A DNA stretch of 64,000 nucleotides from Minisyncoccia bacterium (GCA_044356325.1 JBIKWJ010000002.1:94327-158326); one strand, 5' to 3'; shown: positions 18,090 through 27,060, numbered from the stretch's first letter. Notes: generated from the sequence alone by a model not told the origin. Program-made: numbers and translations.

Positions 18090-18611
18090 CTAAAGTTTAT
18101 TGATGAGTGGGGTATTAATAGCTGAGGCTAGTACCGCCGTTTCCTCTTCGCTGAGAGTTTGAGCTGAGCGACCTTTTTCTATTGCCTTAGCATAGGAGCG
18201 ACCTCCTTGCTCTCGAGTCGCAATATAAGTGAGTAATATACCTGAGTTTTCATTATTCAAGAGGGCAGTAGTAAAACTCGTATCACCACCCATATCCGCA
18301 AAGGGATTAAATCGTTTAATCGCAACTTTATGCACAGTATAATTAAGAATTGTACTATGGGATTGTAATTCTGTAAAGATTTTATCAAGTTTTTTATCAA
18401 TAGTTTGGAATTTTTGGGAATATGATTCCAATAATTGATCCACATTATCTATAGTCTCAGATTGGAATACTCCCTTAATTTTATTCTGTAAAAATCGAAC
18501 TCTCCACAAGCTATACCCAGCTAAGGCAAGAGAGGCAATGCTCAGAATAATGAAAAAGATATCCAATACCATATCACCTTGATAAATACTATTAATACCT
18601 TTATAATACAA
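18090..18611 (-). CDS. DUF4446-like protein with N-terminal membrane anchor
   Basis: TM helix then FNPFADMGGDTSFTTALLNNENSGILLT..REQGGRSYAKAI resembles DUF4446. The start may be the internal MVLDIFF. Confidence 0.45.
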   Translation of the reverse strand: MYYKGINSIYQGDMVLDIFFIILSIASLALAGYSLWRVRFLQNKIKGVFQSETIDNVDQLLESYSQKFQTIDKKLDKIFTELQSHSTILNYTVHKVAIKRFNPFADMGGDTSFTTALLNNENSGILLTYIATREQGGRSYAKAIEKGRSAQTLSEEETAVLASAINTPLINKL

Positions 18612-18639
18612 CTATTCAAGCCTTTTGACAAGTGAAGCA

Positions 18640-18850
18640 TACTATTAATGTCCTCCTTTCTACCTACGGCAGATAAATGGAGGAGGTGGCACGGAGTGCC
18701 GGAGGTGGATTGAGCTAAAATTCCCCTCTTGAGGGGTGACAGGCTTGCCTGGCGGGGTGGAAAAACAAAATATTAATAATAACAAAACCCTTCCACCCCG
18801 TCTCCCTACTATGTAAACATAGCAGGAATCCACCCCTCAAGAGGGGAATT
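18640..18850. repeat. Mosaic hairpin array (families D/I, E, A and B)
   Basis: Contains gtcctcctttctacctacggcagataaatggaggaggtggcacggagtgccggaggtggat, aaattcccctcttgaggggtgacaggcttgcctggcggggtgg and ccacccctcaagaggggaattt. Confidence 0.8.
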
Positions 18851-18862
18851 TAATACCACCCT

Positions 18863-19663
18863 ATGACACAATCCCAAATTATATCCTTATTAAAAGAATA
18901 TCAGATAAAGCCCCTAGAGTCTTTATCCCAGAATTTTTTTATTGAAAAAGATTTGCTTATCAAAATTATTAACAAAATCAATATAGCCCCCAACTCCACT
19001 TTATTAGAAATAGGTCCAGGACTTGGCTCCCTCACCGAATTACTAGTACAGCAAAAAGTCCCCGTAATCGCGGTGGAACTGGATAAAACTTTTGCTTCTA
19101 TACTCCCTAGCATACTCGAGAATCCAGATAATCTCACCGTATATCATCAAGATATACTCAAATCCCAAGAGCTAATAGACACTATACAGACCCCTTATAC
19201 CGTAATAGCTAATATTCCTTATCATATTACGGGAGCTATAATTCGGCTACTGGTAGATAGAGATAATCCTGCCGATAGTATTAATCTCCTTATTCAAAAA
19301 GAGGTAGCCAATAATCTCTTATCTCATGAGAAATCCTTATTCCAACTTAGTGTCAATATATATGCCGATGTCAAACTTTTGTCCCATATAGCCAAGGAAT
19401 GCTTTTACCCCAAACCTAAGGTAGACTCTAGTTTTATACAACTCATACCCCATAATCGCTATGCCGAGTATAATCGAGAAGATATTATACAACTTGCCAA
19501 ATTAGCCTTTCAACAAAAGCGAAAGAAAATATCCTCTTCACTCAAACCCAAACTCACTCGACCGATAGGGGAGTATAGCTCCGAGATCCAAGCCCTCCTC
19601 TCACTCCGCCCCGAGAATCTAACTATAGATAATTGGATAGAGCTGTATCAGGGGTTGAAGTAA
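18863..19663 (+). CDS. rsmA: 16S rRNA (adenine1518/1519-N6)-dimethyltransferase RsmA/KsgA
   Basis: QNFF..D.., SAM site LEIGPGLGSLT, and NIPY catalytic motif. Confidence 0.9.
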   Translation: MTQSQIISLLKEYQIKPLESLSQNFFIEKDLLIKIINKINIAPNSTLLEIGPGLGSLTELLVQQKVPVIAVELDKTFASILPSILENPDNLTVYHQDILKSQELIDTIQTPYTVIANIPYHITGAIIRLLVDRDNPADSINLLIQKEVANNLLSHEKSLFQLSVNIYADVKLLSHIAKECFYPKPKVDSSFIQLIPHNRYAEYNREDIIQLAKLAFQQKRKKISSSLKPKLTRPIGEYSSEIQALLSLRPENLTIDNWIELYQGLK

Positions 19664-19669
19664 AAAAAG

Positions 19670-19710
19670 ACCCCGAACGCAGTTGCGAACGGGGCTTATT
19701 TTTTGGGGGA
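19670..19710. terminator. Bidirectional terminator (ccccgaacgcagttgcgaacgggg)
   Basis: Inverted repeat flanked by A and T runs. Sits between convergent rsmA and the cassette ORF. Confidence 0.55.
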
Positions 19711-19728
19711 GTCTACTGAACCTAATGG

Positions 19729-20199
19729 TCAGTCGATAGGCTCTTCTGCCATAGGGATCTCTTCGATCCCGGAAAGAGTGAGAACAAACCTCTGCCAAGG
19801 ACGTTTGTAGTTGTAAGACTCGAAGACGAATCCTGGTACTGCTACCACCAATAGTCCCCCTTCACACCTCGCTTCCGAGGTGTGCCACACCTTAGGGGTG
19901 TGGCCAGTTACCTGGCGGAAACTGGCAGCCTTTATGAGAGCAACAACCCTATCATCACCTAGTGTGGTAACCTCAACCACACATTTGTTACCTGAACTTT
20001 GGAGCTTCGCTCCAGAAGGAGCAAAGGAGCTAAGAAAAATATCCTTTCCGTACTGGTAAAGGTACTTAATACCCTCTCCTTTAATACCAAGTGTTTTCCG
20101 GGTTGCTCCGGCTGAGTATATTTGTTCGGTCAGAGGCTCTGACCGAACATAGCCGGAACCGTAGTTTTGGAATCCCATAAGTCTGTTGCTAATGAACAT
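19729..20199 (-). CDS. Cassette ORF, hypothetical protein (156 aa), GC-enriched
   Basis: ATG lies about 12-25 nt downstream of the conserved promoter at 20211-20241 with no SD. Contains GHTPKVWHTSEARCEGG. No family assigned. Composition is richer in G and C than the backbone. Confidence 0.5.
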   Translation of the reverse strand: MFISNRLMGFQNYGSGYVRSEPLTEQIYSAGATRKTLGIKGEGIKYLYQYGKDIFLSSFAPSGAKLQSSGNKCVVEVTTLGDDRVVALIKAASFRQVTGHTPKVWHTSEARCEGGLLVVAVPGFVFESYNYKRPWQRFVLTLSGIEEIPMAEEPID

Positions 20200-20210
20200 T
20201 TACAAAAACA

Positions 20211-20241
20211 ACCATATCACATTTTCCTCATTTTGTCAATG
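20211..20241 (-). promoter_or_regulatory. Conserved cassette promoter (TTGACAAAATGAGGAAAATGTGATATGGT)
   Basis: Same about 30-bp element as at 5830, 21427, 40654 and 41296. Confidence 0.6.
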
Positions 20242-20394
20242 ATTTTTGTCTAAAAGTTTTATAATATTTCTACGCAAAGTTTTTGTTTATTTTAAAATAT
20301 ATTCTTATATATAATTATGTGTTTTATATTTATGTCAAAACATAGAGTTTTCATTGTAATAATATAAAGTTAATAAAATGTAAACCCCGGAGAT

Positions 20395-20460
20395 CACGAT
20401 GGATTCCGGGGTTCTATTCAGTTGTAGTTACGTATATTTACCAGACCTCGCCAGGTCTAG
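20395..20460 (-). terminator. Tandem terminator hairpins (ccccggagatcacgatggattccgggg; agacctcgccaggtct)
   Basis: Two GC stems 3' of CDS 20465-21391 on the minus strand. Confidence 0.5.
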
Positions 20461-20464
20461 GAGC

Positions 20465-21391
20465 TCATGAGAGGAGATGTTTCTCCACCACGGCCACAAC
20501 CTCGTCGATAGTGAGCTTCGAGCTCACACCCTGTGGCGAGCCACCGATGGTCGGGGAACCACCCCAACCAGCCTCGAGAGTGTCGAGCTCCGCAAGCGCC
20601 GACTTGATGTCCGCGAACCCGCCAGAGAACTGGCAGATCGTAAACTTCTTGCAAGGCTCGCTCGGCCCCTGCCTGAAACTCGGGTTGAGCGCGACTACTA
20701 CTGGAGCAAGGGCATACCCAATGCTGAGAGCAGCACGATGCGTACTCTCTACCACCGCAATGAGGCCAAAGGAGACCATCTCGTACCTGATAGTTCCGCT
20801 TTCGAGAGCGGTGATCATGTCGATCCGCTCCCTCTCGACCTGTGTGCGATACTGTTCGGGTTCCTCACCCGCGAGCAGCCACAACTCCATCGTGGCAACA
20901 CGGTCAGCCAGCGGAACCCTGAAGTCCATGACTGCTGCCGCGATCGCCGCGAGATGGCGGGAAGACTCGGCCGTCGCCGTCTCCTCTATCCACGGGTTGT
21001 CCCGGGTCGGGAGGGGCTTCGGGCCAGAGTAGCCGCCACGCGCGAACTTGTCCGAGGTGGCGACCATCGTGACTCGCTCCATCGCGGGCTCGAGGCTTTC
21101 GCCATTCGCCCGGAGATTGAAGAGCGCCATCGCTCCGACCGCGTCGAGATCGGCGCGAACCGTCGCGAGAGTCGAGCCCTCGGGCGGAAGCTCCGCCGTC
21201 AGCGCGTCCTCGATGGCCGCACGATTGGCGTCACCGCCCGTGTGCTGGGGGTCGATGTTGAAGGTGCAACGCTCTGCGAGCGAGGGCACTGTCACTTCGA
21301 TCCCATAGACGGGGTTAGCGAACACCTTGTCGTTGGCCTCCGTGGCAGCCGAAATGTTGCGGGGGTCGAGAGTTGCGAAGCTGTAAACCAT
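20465..21391 (-). CDS. Cassette ORF, hypothetical protein (about 308 aa) of strikingly high GC (foreign-looking)
   Basis: Minus strand chosen because the conserved promoter at 21427-21457, GGAG 9 nt before ATG (MVYSFATLD) and the terminators at 20395-20460 are all minus-oriented. All six frames are open, as expected in high-GC DNA. Confidence 0.5.
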   Translation of the reverse strand: MVYSFATLDPRNISAATEANDKVFANPVYGIEVTVPSLAERCTFNIDPQHTGGDANRAAIEDALTAELPPEGSTLATVRADLDAVGAMALFNLRANGESLEPAMERVTMVATSDKFARGGYSGPKPLPTRDNPWIEETATAESSRHLAAIAAAVMDFRVPLADRVATMELWLLAGEEPEQYRTQVERERIDMITALESGTIRYEMVSFGLIAVVESTHRAALSIGYALAPVVVALNPSFRQGPSEPCKKFTICQFSGGFADIKSALAELDTLEAGWGGSPTIGGSPQGVSSKLTIDEVVAVVEKHLLS

Positions 21392-21426
21392 GATAATGAA
21401 CTCCAAATGATTGGATTACGAAAACA

Positions 21427-21457
21427 ACTATATCACATTTTCCTATTTTTGTCAATA
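21427..21457 (-). promoter_or_regulatory. Conserved cassette promoter (TTGACAAAAATAGGAAAATGTGATATAGT)
   Basis: TTGACA, 17 nt, TGnTATAGT. An AT-rich leader lies upstream. Confidence 0.6.
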
Positions 21458-21589
21458 GGTGTTGTGTGTATTGTGTTTTATTCACTTTAAACACACCTAT
21501 TTATTACCTTTATTGCTTGACTTTATTGATATTTTTATTTTGTTATAGTTTTTTGTTTTTATTGGAGTTTATATAGTGAGTGAGGTGAA

Positions 21590-22040
21590 TAATACTTGTA
21601 TTTCGTAGGGGCGACCTTTCAGTCGCCTATTTGTTCTAAAAATTCCCCTCTTGAGGGGTGCCCGTAGGGCGGGGTGGATAAAATATATTACTGAATTTTA
21701 CTCAAACACCATAGTATAGTTTTAATAACTATCCACCTCCGCCGTCGCAAATGGGATTTGCTCCTGTGAAACCTCACAGATTTGGCCAACCTTCCTCCAC
21801 GGGAAAACTCCCGTTTTCCCGACCCCTTTCCCGTGCCACCTCCTCCATTTATCTACCGTAGGTAGAAAGGAGGACAGTATATTTTTCCACCCCGTCCAGC
21901 GAAGCTGTACACCCCTCAAGAGGGGAATTTAGCTCAGTCCACCTCCGGTCACTCCTAGTGTGAACAAAATACCCCAATCCCTTCACAACAAAAACACGGG
22001 CAACTGCAAGATTGCCCCTACGGGTGTATTTGATAATTTT
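21590..22040. repeat. Large mosaic hairpin array (families C, A, E, tRNA-trailer-like, D/I and H)
   Basis: Contains cgtaggggcgacctttcagtcgcc, aaaaattcccctcttgaggggtgcccgtagggcggggtggat, ctatccacctccgcc, ccaaccttcctccacgggaaaactcccgttttcccgacccc (the same element as 3' of the tRNAs), gtgccacctcctccatttatctaccgtaggtagaaaggaggac and ccaccccgtccagcgaagctgt. Confidence 0.8.
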
Positions 22041-22049
22041 GTGAGAAAT

Positions 22050-22080
22050 GAAAAAACCCGTCTGGTGAGAGACGGGTTCA
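22050..22080 (-). terminator. Terminator (cccgtctctcaccagacggg followed by TTTTTT on the minus strand)
   Basis: Read directly from sequence. Confidence 0.55.
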
Positions 22081-22109
22081 ACTGATTACTCAACTGATTA
22101 CTCAATCAT

Positions 22110-22343
22110 TTAGATCGGTATTATTTGTACTGCAACTATTTTTCTAAACCTCCGAATAGGACGAACTACAGCTATTGTTGACAGATTTTGACATATAGTC
22201 TTTATAACTCTTTCAACTTCTTCAAAATCAACTTTATAATTTATAAATTGAATTACTTCAACCATTCCACTTATTATACAATTTCTTATTTGAGTCATTA
22301 AAGATATACAAGCAACATCTTGAACTGTTGAGGTGTAGGCCAT
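22110..22343 (-). CDS. Cassette ORF, small hypothetical protein (about 77 aa)
   Basis: TTGACC N17 TATATA promoter at 22372-22400 and terminator at 22050-22080. Start set to MAYTSTVQD. Confidence 0.35.
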   Translation of the reverse strand: MAYTSTVQDVACISLMTQIRNCIISGMVEVIQFINYKVDFEEVERVIKTICQNLSTIAVVRPIRRFRKIVAVQIIPI

Positions 22344-22371
22344 GGTGTCAGTGAAAATGAACACAAAATAA

Positions 22372-22400
22372 TATATACCATATTTGAGTTTATAGGTCAA
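22372..22400 (-). promoter_or_regulatory. Promoter (TTGACC N17 TATATA)
   Basis: Read on the minus strand. Confidence 0.45.
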
Positions 22401-22434
22401 GCATATATATGATATAGGTGTTAATAAAAAATAA

Positions 22435-22520
22435 GCCGACACATAGTGTCGGCTGAGGGTGTGAGATGGGGTTTTTTACCCCCAATGCGGGACGAATGTC
22501 CCGAAATTTATTTAGTTGTG
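22435..22520 (-). terminator. Triple-hairpin terminator (cgggacattcgtcccg; ggggtaaaaaacccc; gccgacactatgtgtcggc followed by TTATTTTTT)
   Basis: Three consecutive inverted repeats 3' of the acidic mini-protein gene. Confidence 0.55.
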
Positions 22521-22526
22521 TGTGGA

Positions 22527-22703
22527 TCAATCGTCGCCATCAAGGCTTTCTCCGGAGTCAGGGTCAGTGGTGCCGTCGGAGTCAGGGTCAGTGGTGCCGT
22601 CGGAGTCAGGGTCGCTAGGTTCTTCGCTTCCTTGCTGGGGTTGCTGTTGGAGCTGTTCTTGTGCGGTGGCGGTGGGGTCGAGAACTGCGATTGCTGCGGA
22701 CAT
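22527..22703 (-). CDS. High-GC acidic tandem-repeat mini-protein (58 aa: MSAAIAVLDPTATAQEQLQQQPQQGSEEPSDPDSDGTTDPDSDGTTDPDSGESLDGDD)
   Basis: Own translation of the minus strand. The DNA contains a 24-bp tandem repeat (ggagtcagggtcagtggtgccgtc, about 2.5 copies). The terminator is minus-oriented. Plus-strand track ORFs in the same block were rejected. Confidence 0.4.
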   Translation of the reverse strand: MSAAIAVLDPTATAQEQLQQQPQQGSEEPSDPDSDGTTDPDSDGTTDPDSGESLDGDD

Positions 22704-22854
22704 TGTACTCCATATGAGAAGTGATGCCCAGATCTAGATCAAAAAGATCTTAGCTGGACATGTATAAATATATTATAATCTGTAATTCTTGTCAAGAGTA
22801 AATTTTACTCTTATTTACTCTTACAAAAAATATATTTTATGTTATACTTTTTAT

Positions 22855-23532
22855 ATGGCTAATAAAAAATCAAATATCAAAAATTCGCCGGAGACTAGTA
22901 CGCAAAAGTACTTATCTATCGACACTATTCAAGACAGCGTAGTAATTCTCAAAGATGGGGGATTGAGGGCTGTTTTGATGACGTCTTCCATTAATTTTGA
23001 CCTCAAATCTTCTGATGAGCAAGATGCTATTATTTATGCCTATCAGAATTTTATTAATTCTCTTGACTTCCCTCTTCAAATACAGGTGAGCTCCAGGGTT
23101 TTGAATATTAATGGTTATGTCAATTATCTTTCTGAATTTCAACAAACTCAGCAAAATGATTTGTTACGTCTTCAGATTGGAGAATACTCTCAATTTATTC
23201 AAGAATTAGTTACAGATGCTAATATTGTAAATAAAACTTTTTATGTAATAATTCCTTTTGATCCTGTTGAGACAAAAGAGGGTCTTTTTGATAAGCTTAG
23301 CAATGCGCTTAATCCAAAAATTGCAGTCCGTTATAAAAAAGAAGAGTTTGAAAAGTACAAAACTCAGCTTTGGCAAAGAGTAAATGGGGTTATGTATGGA
23401 CTTAAAAGAGCCGGAATCTATATGACTCCTCTTAATACGCAAGAATTAATTGAATTATATTATTCTTTTTATAATCCTGATTCCAGACCCACCGAGTCCC
23501 TTCATGATTTGGCTGAATTAGATATTACCTAA
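22855..23532 (+). CDS. virB4: VirB4/TrbE-family type IV secretion ATPase, N-terminal portion (split gene)
   Basis: Pattern of a VirB4 N-domain. Stop TAA, then ATG 5 nt later opening the ATPase ORF. Start set to MANKK. Confidence 0.55.
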   Translation: MANKKSNIKNSPETSTQKYLSIDTIQDSVVILKDGGLRAVLMTSSINFDLKSSDEQDAIIYAYQNFINSLDFPLQIQVSSRVLNINGYVNYLSEFQQTQQNDLLRLQIGEYSQFIQELVTDANIVNKTFYVIIPFDPVETKEGLFDKLSNALNPKIAVRYKKEEFEKYKTQLWQRVNGVMYGLKRAGIYMTPLNTQELIELYYSFYNPDSRPTESLHDLAELDIT

Positions 23533-23536
23533 TACT

Positions 23537-25366
23537 ATGGCATCCAAGCAAGCACAAACTAATCCAGAAATTGCTGATTTCCTCAAGGGCCAAAATACTC
23601 TTCGAGATCTTTTGGCACCCGCGAGTATTTTGGTAGATCCCAAATATATTCAAATTGGATCTCAATTTGCTCGTACTATTTTTGTGATGACATATCCTCG
23701 ATTTCTCGTCACAGGATGGTTTAGCCCACTTATTACTCTTGATTATGTCTTGGATATTTCTATGTTCCTCTATCCTATGGATAGTGGGGTTATATTAAAG
23801 AATCTGAGAACTCAAGTAACCCGTTTTCAAGCTCAAATTAGTATTGCACAAGAAAAAGGTCTCGTGCGAGATCCCATGGTGGAAACCGCTTATCAGGATG
23901 CGGAGAATCTCAGAGACCAATTACAACAGGGTACTGAGAGATTTTTCCGCTTTGGGCTCTATATTACGGTTTATGCAGATAGTCTTCCTCAATTAGAGAA
24001 GAATATTTCTCAGATAGATAGTATGCTTCAAACCAAAATGGTATATTCTAAACCTTGTTTATTCCAAACTGAACAGGGTTTTCAATCGACTATTCCTCTT
24101 CTCAAAGATGATTTAGCCATTGCTAATAATCTTAATACTTCACCCCTATCTACTACATTTCCTTTTATTTCAGCTAGTATTTCCTCTAATAAAGGGATTT
24201 TGTATGGAATTAATCGCCATAATAATAGCCTTATTCTCTTTGATAGATTTTCTATGGAAAATGCCAATGAGGTTATTTTTGCCAAATCAGGAGCGGGGAA
24301 AAGTTATCTTGCTAAGCTTGAAATATTGAGGCATCTGATGCTCAATATTGATGTTCTGGTTATTGATCCTGAAAATGAATATTCTTATCTTACTGAGGCA
24401 GTTGGTGGAACATTTATCAAAATATCTCTCAATTCTAATCAACATATTAATCCTTTTGATTTACCAAATCCTCGTGATGATGAGAATCCTGCCGATTTAC
24501 TCAAATCTAATATTGCGGACTTATTAAGTATGCTCAAATTAATGCTTGAGGGGAGAAATGATGAGGACAAATTCCACGCTGAAGAAGAGGCTATACTAGA
24601 CCGAGCTCTTTATGAGACATATGCCAGCAAAGATATTAGCATTGAATCTCCTAATTATGAAAATAAAGAAATTCCAACTCTTTCTGATTTAGAAAACATT
24701 CTCAATAATATGGAGGGGGGAGAAAGCCTTGCTATTCGTCTTTCCAAATATACTACTGGGAGTTTTAGCGGGTTTATCAATGAGCCTACCAATATTAATT
24801 TTGCCAATCAGCTCGTAGTATTCAATACTCGAGATATGGAGGACGAATTACAGCCATTAGCTATGTTTATCGTAACTCAATATATTTGGAAAGAGGTAAG
24901 AAGAACTCTCAAAAAGCGTATTCTAGTAGTAGATGAAGCTTGGGTGATGATGAAGGATAAATCAGTAGCTTCATTCCTATTCTCACTCGCCAAAAGAGCT
25001 CGTAAATATTATCTTGGACTTACCACTATTACTCAGGATATTGCTGATTTTCTCGCCTCAGAATACGGAAAAGCAATTTTGACCAACTCTTCTATACAAA
25101 TTCTCCTCAAACAATCTCCTGCCTCTATAGATATTATTAAAGATACTTTTTATCTTACTGAAGAGGAAAAATTCCTTCTTCTCGAGTCAGATGTGGGAGA
25201 AGGAATATTTTTTGCGGGACTAAAACATGCTGCTATCAAAGTAGTAGCCTCATATGGAGAGGATCAGATAATCACCTCAGATCCGGAACAATTACTCAGA
25301 ATCCAGGCTGCCAAAGCTCAAATCACTGAGGAAGGAAATTCCGACCCATTCTCATTAAATTTATAA
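23537..25366 (+). CDS. virB4: VirB4/TrbE/CagE-family type IV secretion ATPase, C-terminal ATPase portion
   Basis: Walker A AKSGAGKS and Walker B VVDEAW, with the surrounding VirB4-type sequence. 609 aa. Confidence 0.8.
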   Translation: MASKQAQTNPEIADFLKGQNTLRDLLAPASILVDPKYIQIGSQFARTIFVMTYPRFLVTGWFSPLITLDYVLDISMFLYPMDSGVILKNLRTQVTRFQAQISIAQEKGLVRDPMVETAYQDAENLRDQLQQGTERFFRFGLYITVYADSLPQLEKNISQIDSMLQTKMVYSKPCLFQTEQGFQSTIPLLKDDLAIANNLNTSPLSTTFPFISASISSNKGILYGINRHNNSLILFDRFSMENANEVIFAKSGAGKSYLAKLEILRHLMLNIDVLVIDPENEYSYLTEAVGGTFIKISLNSNQHINPFDLPNPRDDENPADLLKSNIADLLSMLKLMLEGRNDEDKFHAEEEAILDRALYETYASKDISIESPNYENKEIPTLSDLENILNNMEGGESLAIRLSKYTTGSFSGFINEPTNINFANQLVVFNTRDMEDELQPLAMFIVTQYIWKEVRRTLKKRILVVDEAWVMMKDKSVASFLFSLAKRARKYYLGLTTITQDIADFLASEYGKAILTNSSIQILLKQSPASIDIIKDTFYLTEEEKFLLLESDVGEGIFFAGLKHAAIKVVASYGEDQIITSDPEQLLRIQAAKAQITEEGNSDPFSLNL

Positions 25367-25372
25367 CATAAT

Positions 25373-26491
25373 ATGAAATTCTTCAAAAACAAAATAGTAC
25401 TTATAATCACCATTGGAGTTATACCACTTATTATTATCGGTATACTTATTTTTGGATATATTGGTAATCGTAATACCGAAAAAGCAACTGATACCGCTAA
25501 GACTGAGAATAAGCCAGCAGATACTACTCGTCCTGCTACCAAAGTTTCAGATAAAGCCATTGTTAATGCTACTATTGATGCTAGTAATAGTATAAAATAT
25601 TATTCTCTTGATAAAGGACAAACTTTTCAAATTCCTGCCAGTGGAGGGGATGCCAAAATATTAGATGAGACCAGTTTAGCTGGTATAACTTCAGTTGAGT
25701 GGGCACCCACAGCCCCCTATGTATTGACCCAAATCAAAGATAGAGTATATGCCTTTAATTATAGCACTCGCAAATCTTTTGCATTTCCTATTGATGTGAT
25801 ATCAGGGCAATTCCTCTCAGATAATCGAGTTTTTTATACCTTTAAAAATAATGCTGTGGGAGGAGATGCTGCTGTTGAGCTATCAGTAAGTAATCCTGAT
25901 GGGACAGATTGGAAAAAAATTATTACTCTTACTTCTAGCGCGGTATATCTCAAAGGAATTCCCTTTCAGAATAGTATAAGTCAAACTCTTATTCCTAGTA
26001 GCTATAGAGCTTCTGCTTTAAGGATTATCGATATCAATACTGGGGAAGCAAAATCTGTATTAGAAGAAAAAAATGGACTGAATGTATCTTGGTCTCCAGA
26101 TGGAGAAAAAGGAATTATCTCCTATACCACTGAGCGCGGAGGATCTACATTAGGTCTTTCTGTAATCAATAAAACAGGTATTGAAGTTGCTAAAATTGAA
26201 AATGTAGGCACAATAGCTGAAAAAATTGCTTGGAGCCCAGATAGTAAAACAGCCTATTTTACCAAAGCAGAAGTTGCTAATACCAAAATTCTTCCTGATG
26301 ATTATTATAGTTCTAATCTTGGAGACTTTAATGAAAGTTTATACAAAGTAGATATTGCAACCGCCACCGCTTCACAATTATCCACCAATATTGGAAATGT
26401 TGATTCTAAAGATTTATTCCTCAATGCCGCGGGAACAGAATTATTCTTTACCAATCGCAAAGATAATAATTTGTATAAAGTATCTTTGTAG
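25373..26491 (+). CDS. Membrane-anchored TolB-like/PD40 beta-propeller protein
   Basis: N-terminal TM helix. Repeated WSPDG/WSPDS PD40-type blades (VSWSPDGEKGIISY and IAWSPDSKTAYFT). Confidence 0.5.
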   Translation: MKFFKNKIVLIITIGVIPLIIIGILIFGYIGNRNTEKATDTAKTENKPADTTRPATKVSDKAIVNATIDASNSIKYYSLDKGQTFQIPASGGDAKILDETSLAGITSVEWAPTAPYVLTQIKDRVYAFNYSTRKSFAFPIDVISGQFLSDNRVFYTFKNNAVGGDAAVELSVSNPDGTDWKKIITLTSSAVYLKGIPFQNSISQTLIPSSYRASALRIIDINTGEAKSVLEEKNGLNVSWSPDGEKGIISYTTERGGSTLGLSVINKTGIEVAKIENVGTIAEKIAWSPDSKTAYFTKAEVANTKILPDDYYSSNLGDFNESLYKVDIATATASQLSTNIGNVDSKDLFLNAAGTELFFTNRKDNNLYKVSL

Positions 26492-26515
26492 TATAGAATT
26501 ATAAAGCTCCCCCCA

Positions 26516-26547
26516 AACCTAGCCCATCAGCTAGGCTTTTTTATTTT
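26516..26547 (+). terminator. Terminator (cctagcccatcagctagg followed by CTTTTTT)
   Basis: Read from sequence. Confidence 0.55.
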
Positions 26548-26654
26548 GAAGTATCTTTAAGATCATATCCATGACAAGATATATTGTCTATTACTATTGA
26601 CATTTTGTAATTTTTGTGATATAGTCTTTTTTGTACCTTGCAATTGGAGCCGTT

Positions 26655-27038
26655 ATGGCTATCCATATCATCAAAAACCTTCTTGCTAAAATCAATGGGC
26701 AAGAAAGAAGGCAAAGAGAGGTGACGATAATCCGCTTCCGTGATCATAAAGTCACTGCCAGACTATTGGCAATTGCCCTAGAAAAAGGTATGGAATTAGT
26801 TCCAAATTTTCTAGACCTCACTGATTATATCACATATTTAACTTTGACTTTTAAAGACAACACTACTCTCAGTATCTTTCTCCTACCTGAATTAAGAAAA
26901 TTTGGTTTTGAGAAACAAGCAGACTCATTAGGGGCTGTAACGGATAATTGGTATCTACCATTATCTAAAAATGAGTCCGCTATGAAAGAATATATCAAAC
27001 TATTATGGGATCTTTTCCACACACCAGATCCCCAATGA
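26655..27038 (+). CDS. Hypothetical protein (about 127 aa)
   Basis: GGAG lies 6 nt before the ATG (MAIHIIKNL), and the terminator at 27061-27090 follows. Confidence 0.45.
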   Translation: MAIHIIKNLLAKINGQERRQREVTIIRFRDHKVTARLLAIALEKGMELVPNFLDLTDYITYLTLTFKDNTTLSIFLLPELRKFGFEKQADSLGAVTDNWYLPLSKNESAMKEYIKLLWDLFHTPDPQ

Positions 27039-27060
27039 GCTAGCCTTGGCTCAATCCACA

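Noticed and set aside
13472-21406. Apparent shared N-terminus MWYSF/MVYSF in the track ORFs 13472-13747, 15113-15319 and 20465-21406, suggesting a protein family
   Set aside because: The codons are the conserved promoter extended -10 (GTG TGG TAT AGT TTT) read as protein. The real starts are downstream ATGs, and the remaining sequences are unrelated.
20477-21490. Plus-strand ORFs 20477-21490, 20511-21032 and 21048-21308 inside the high-GC block
   Set aside because: Arg/Gly-rich antisense frames typical of high-GC DNA. The promoter, RBS and terminators are all oriented for the minus-strand gene.
22446-22737. Plus-strand ORFs 22446-22724 and 22516-22737 (Gly/Val/Ser repeat proteins)
   Set aside because: They lie in the 24-bp tandem-repeat GC island. 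The triple terminator and upstream promoter-like sequence are oriented for the minus-strand acidic mini-protein. They are kept as the alternative if the minus gene is not expressed.
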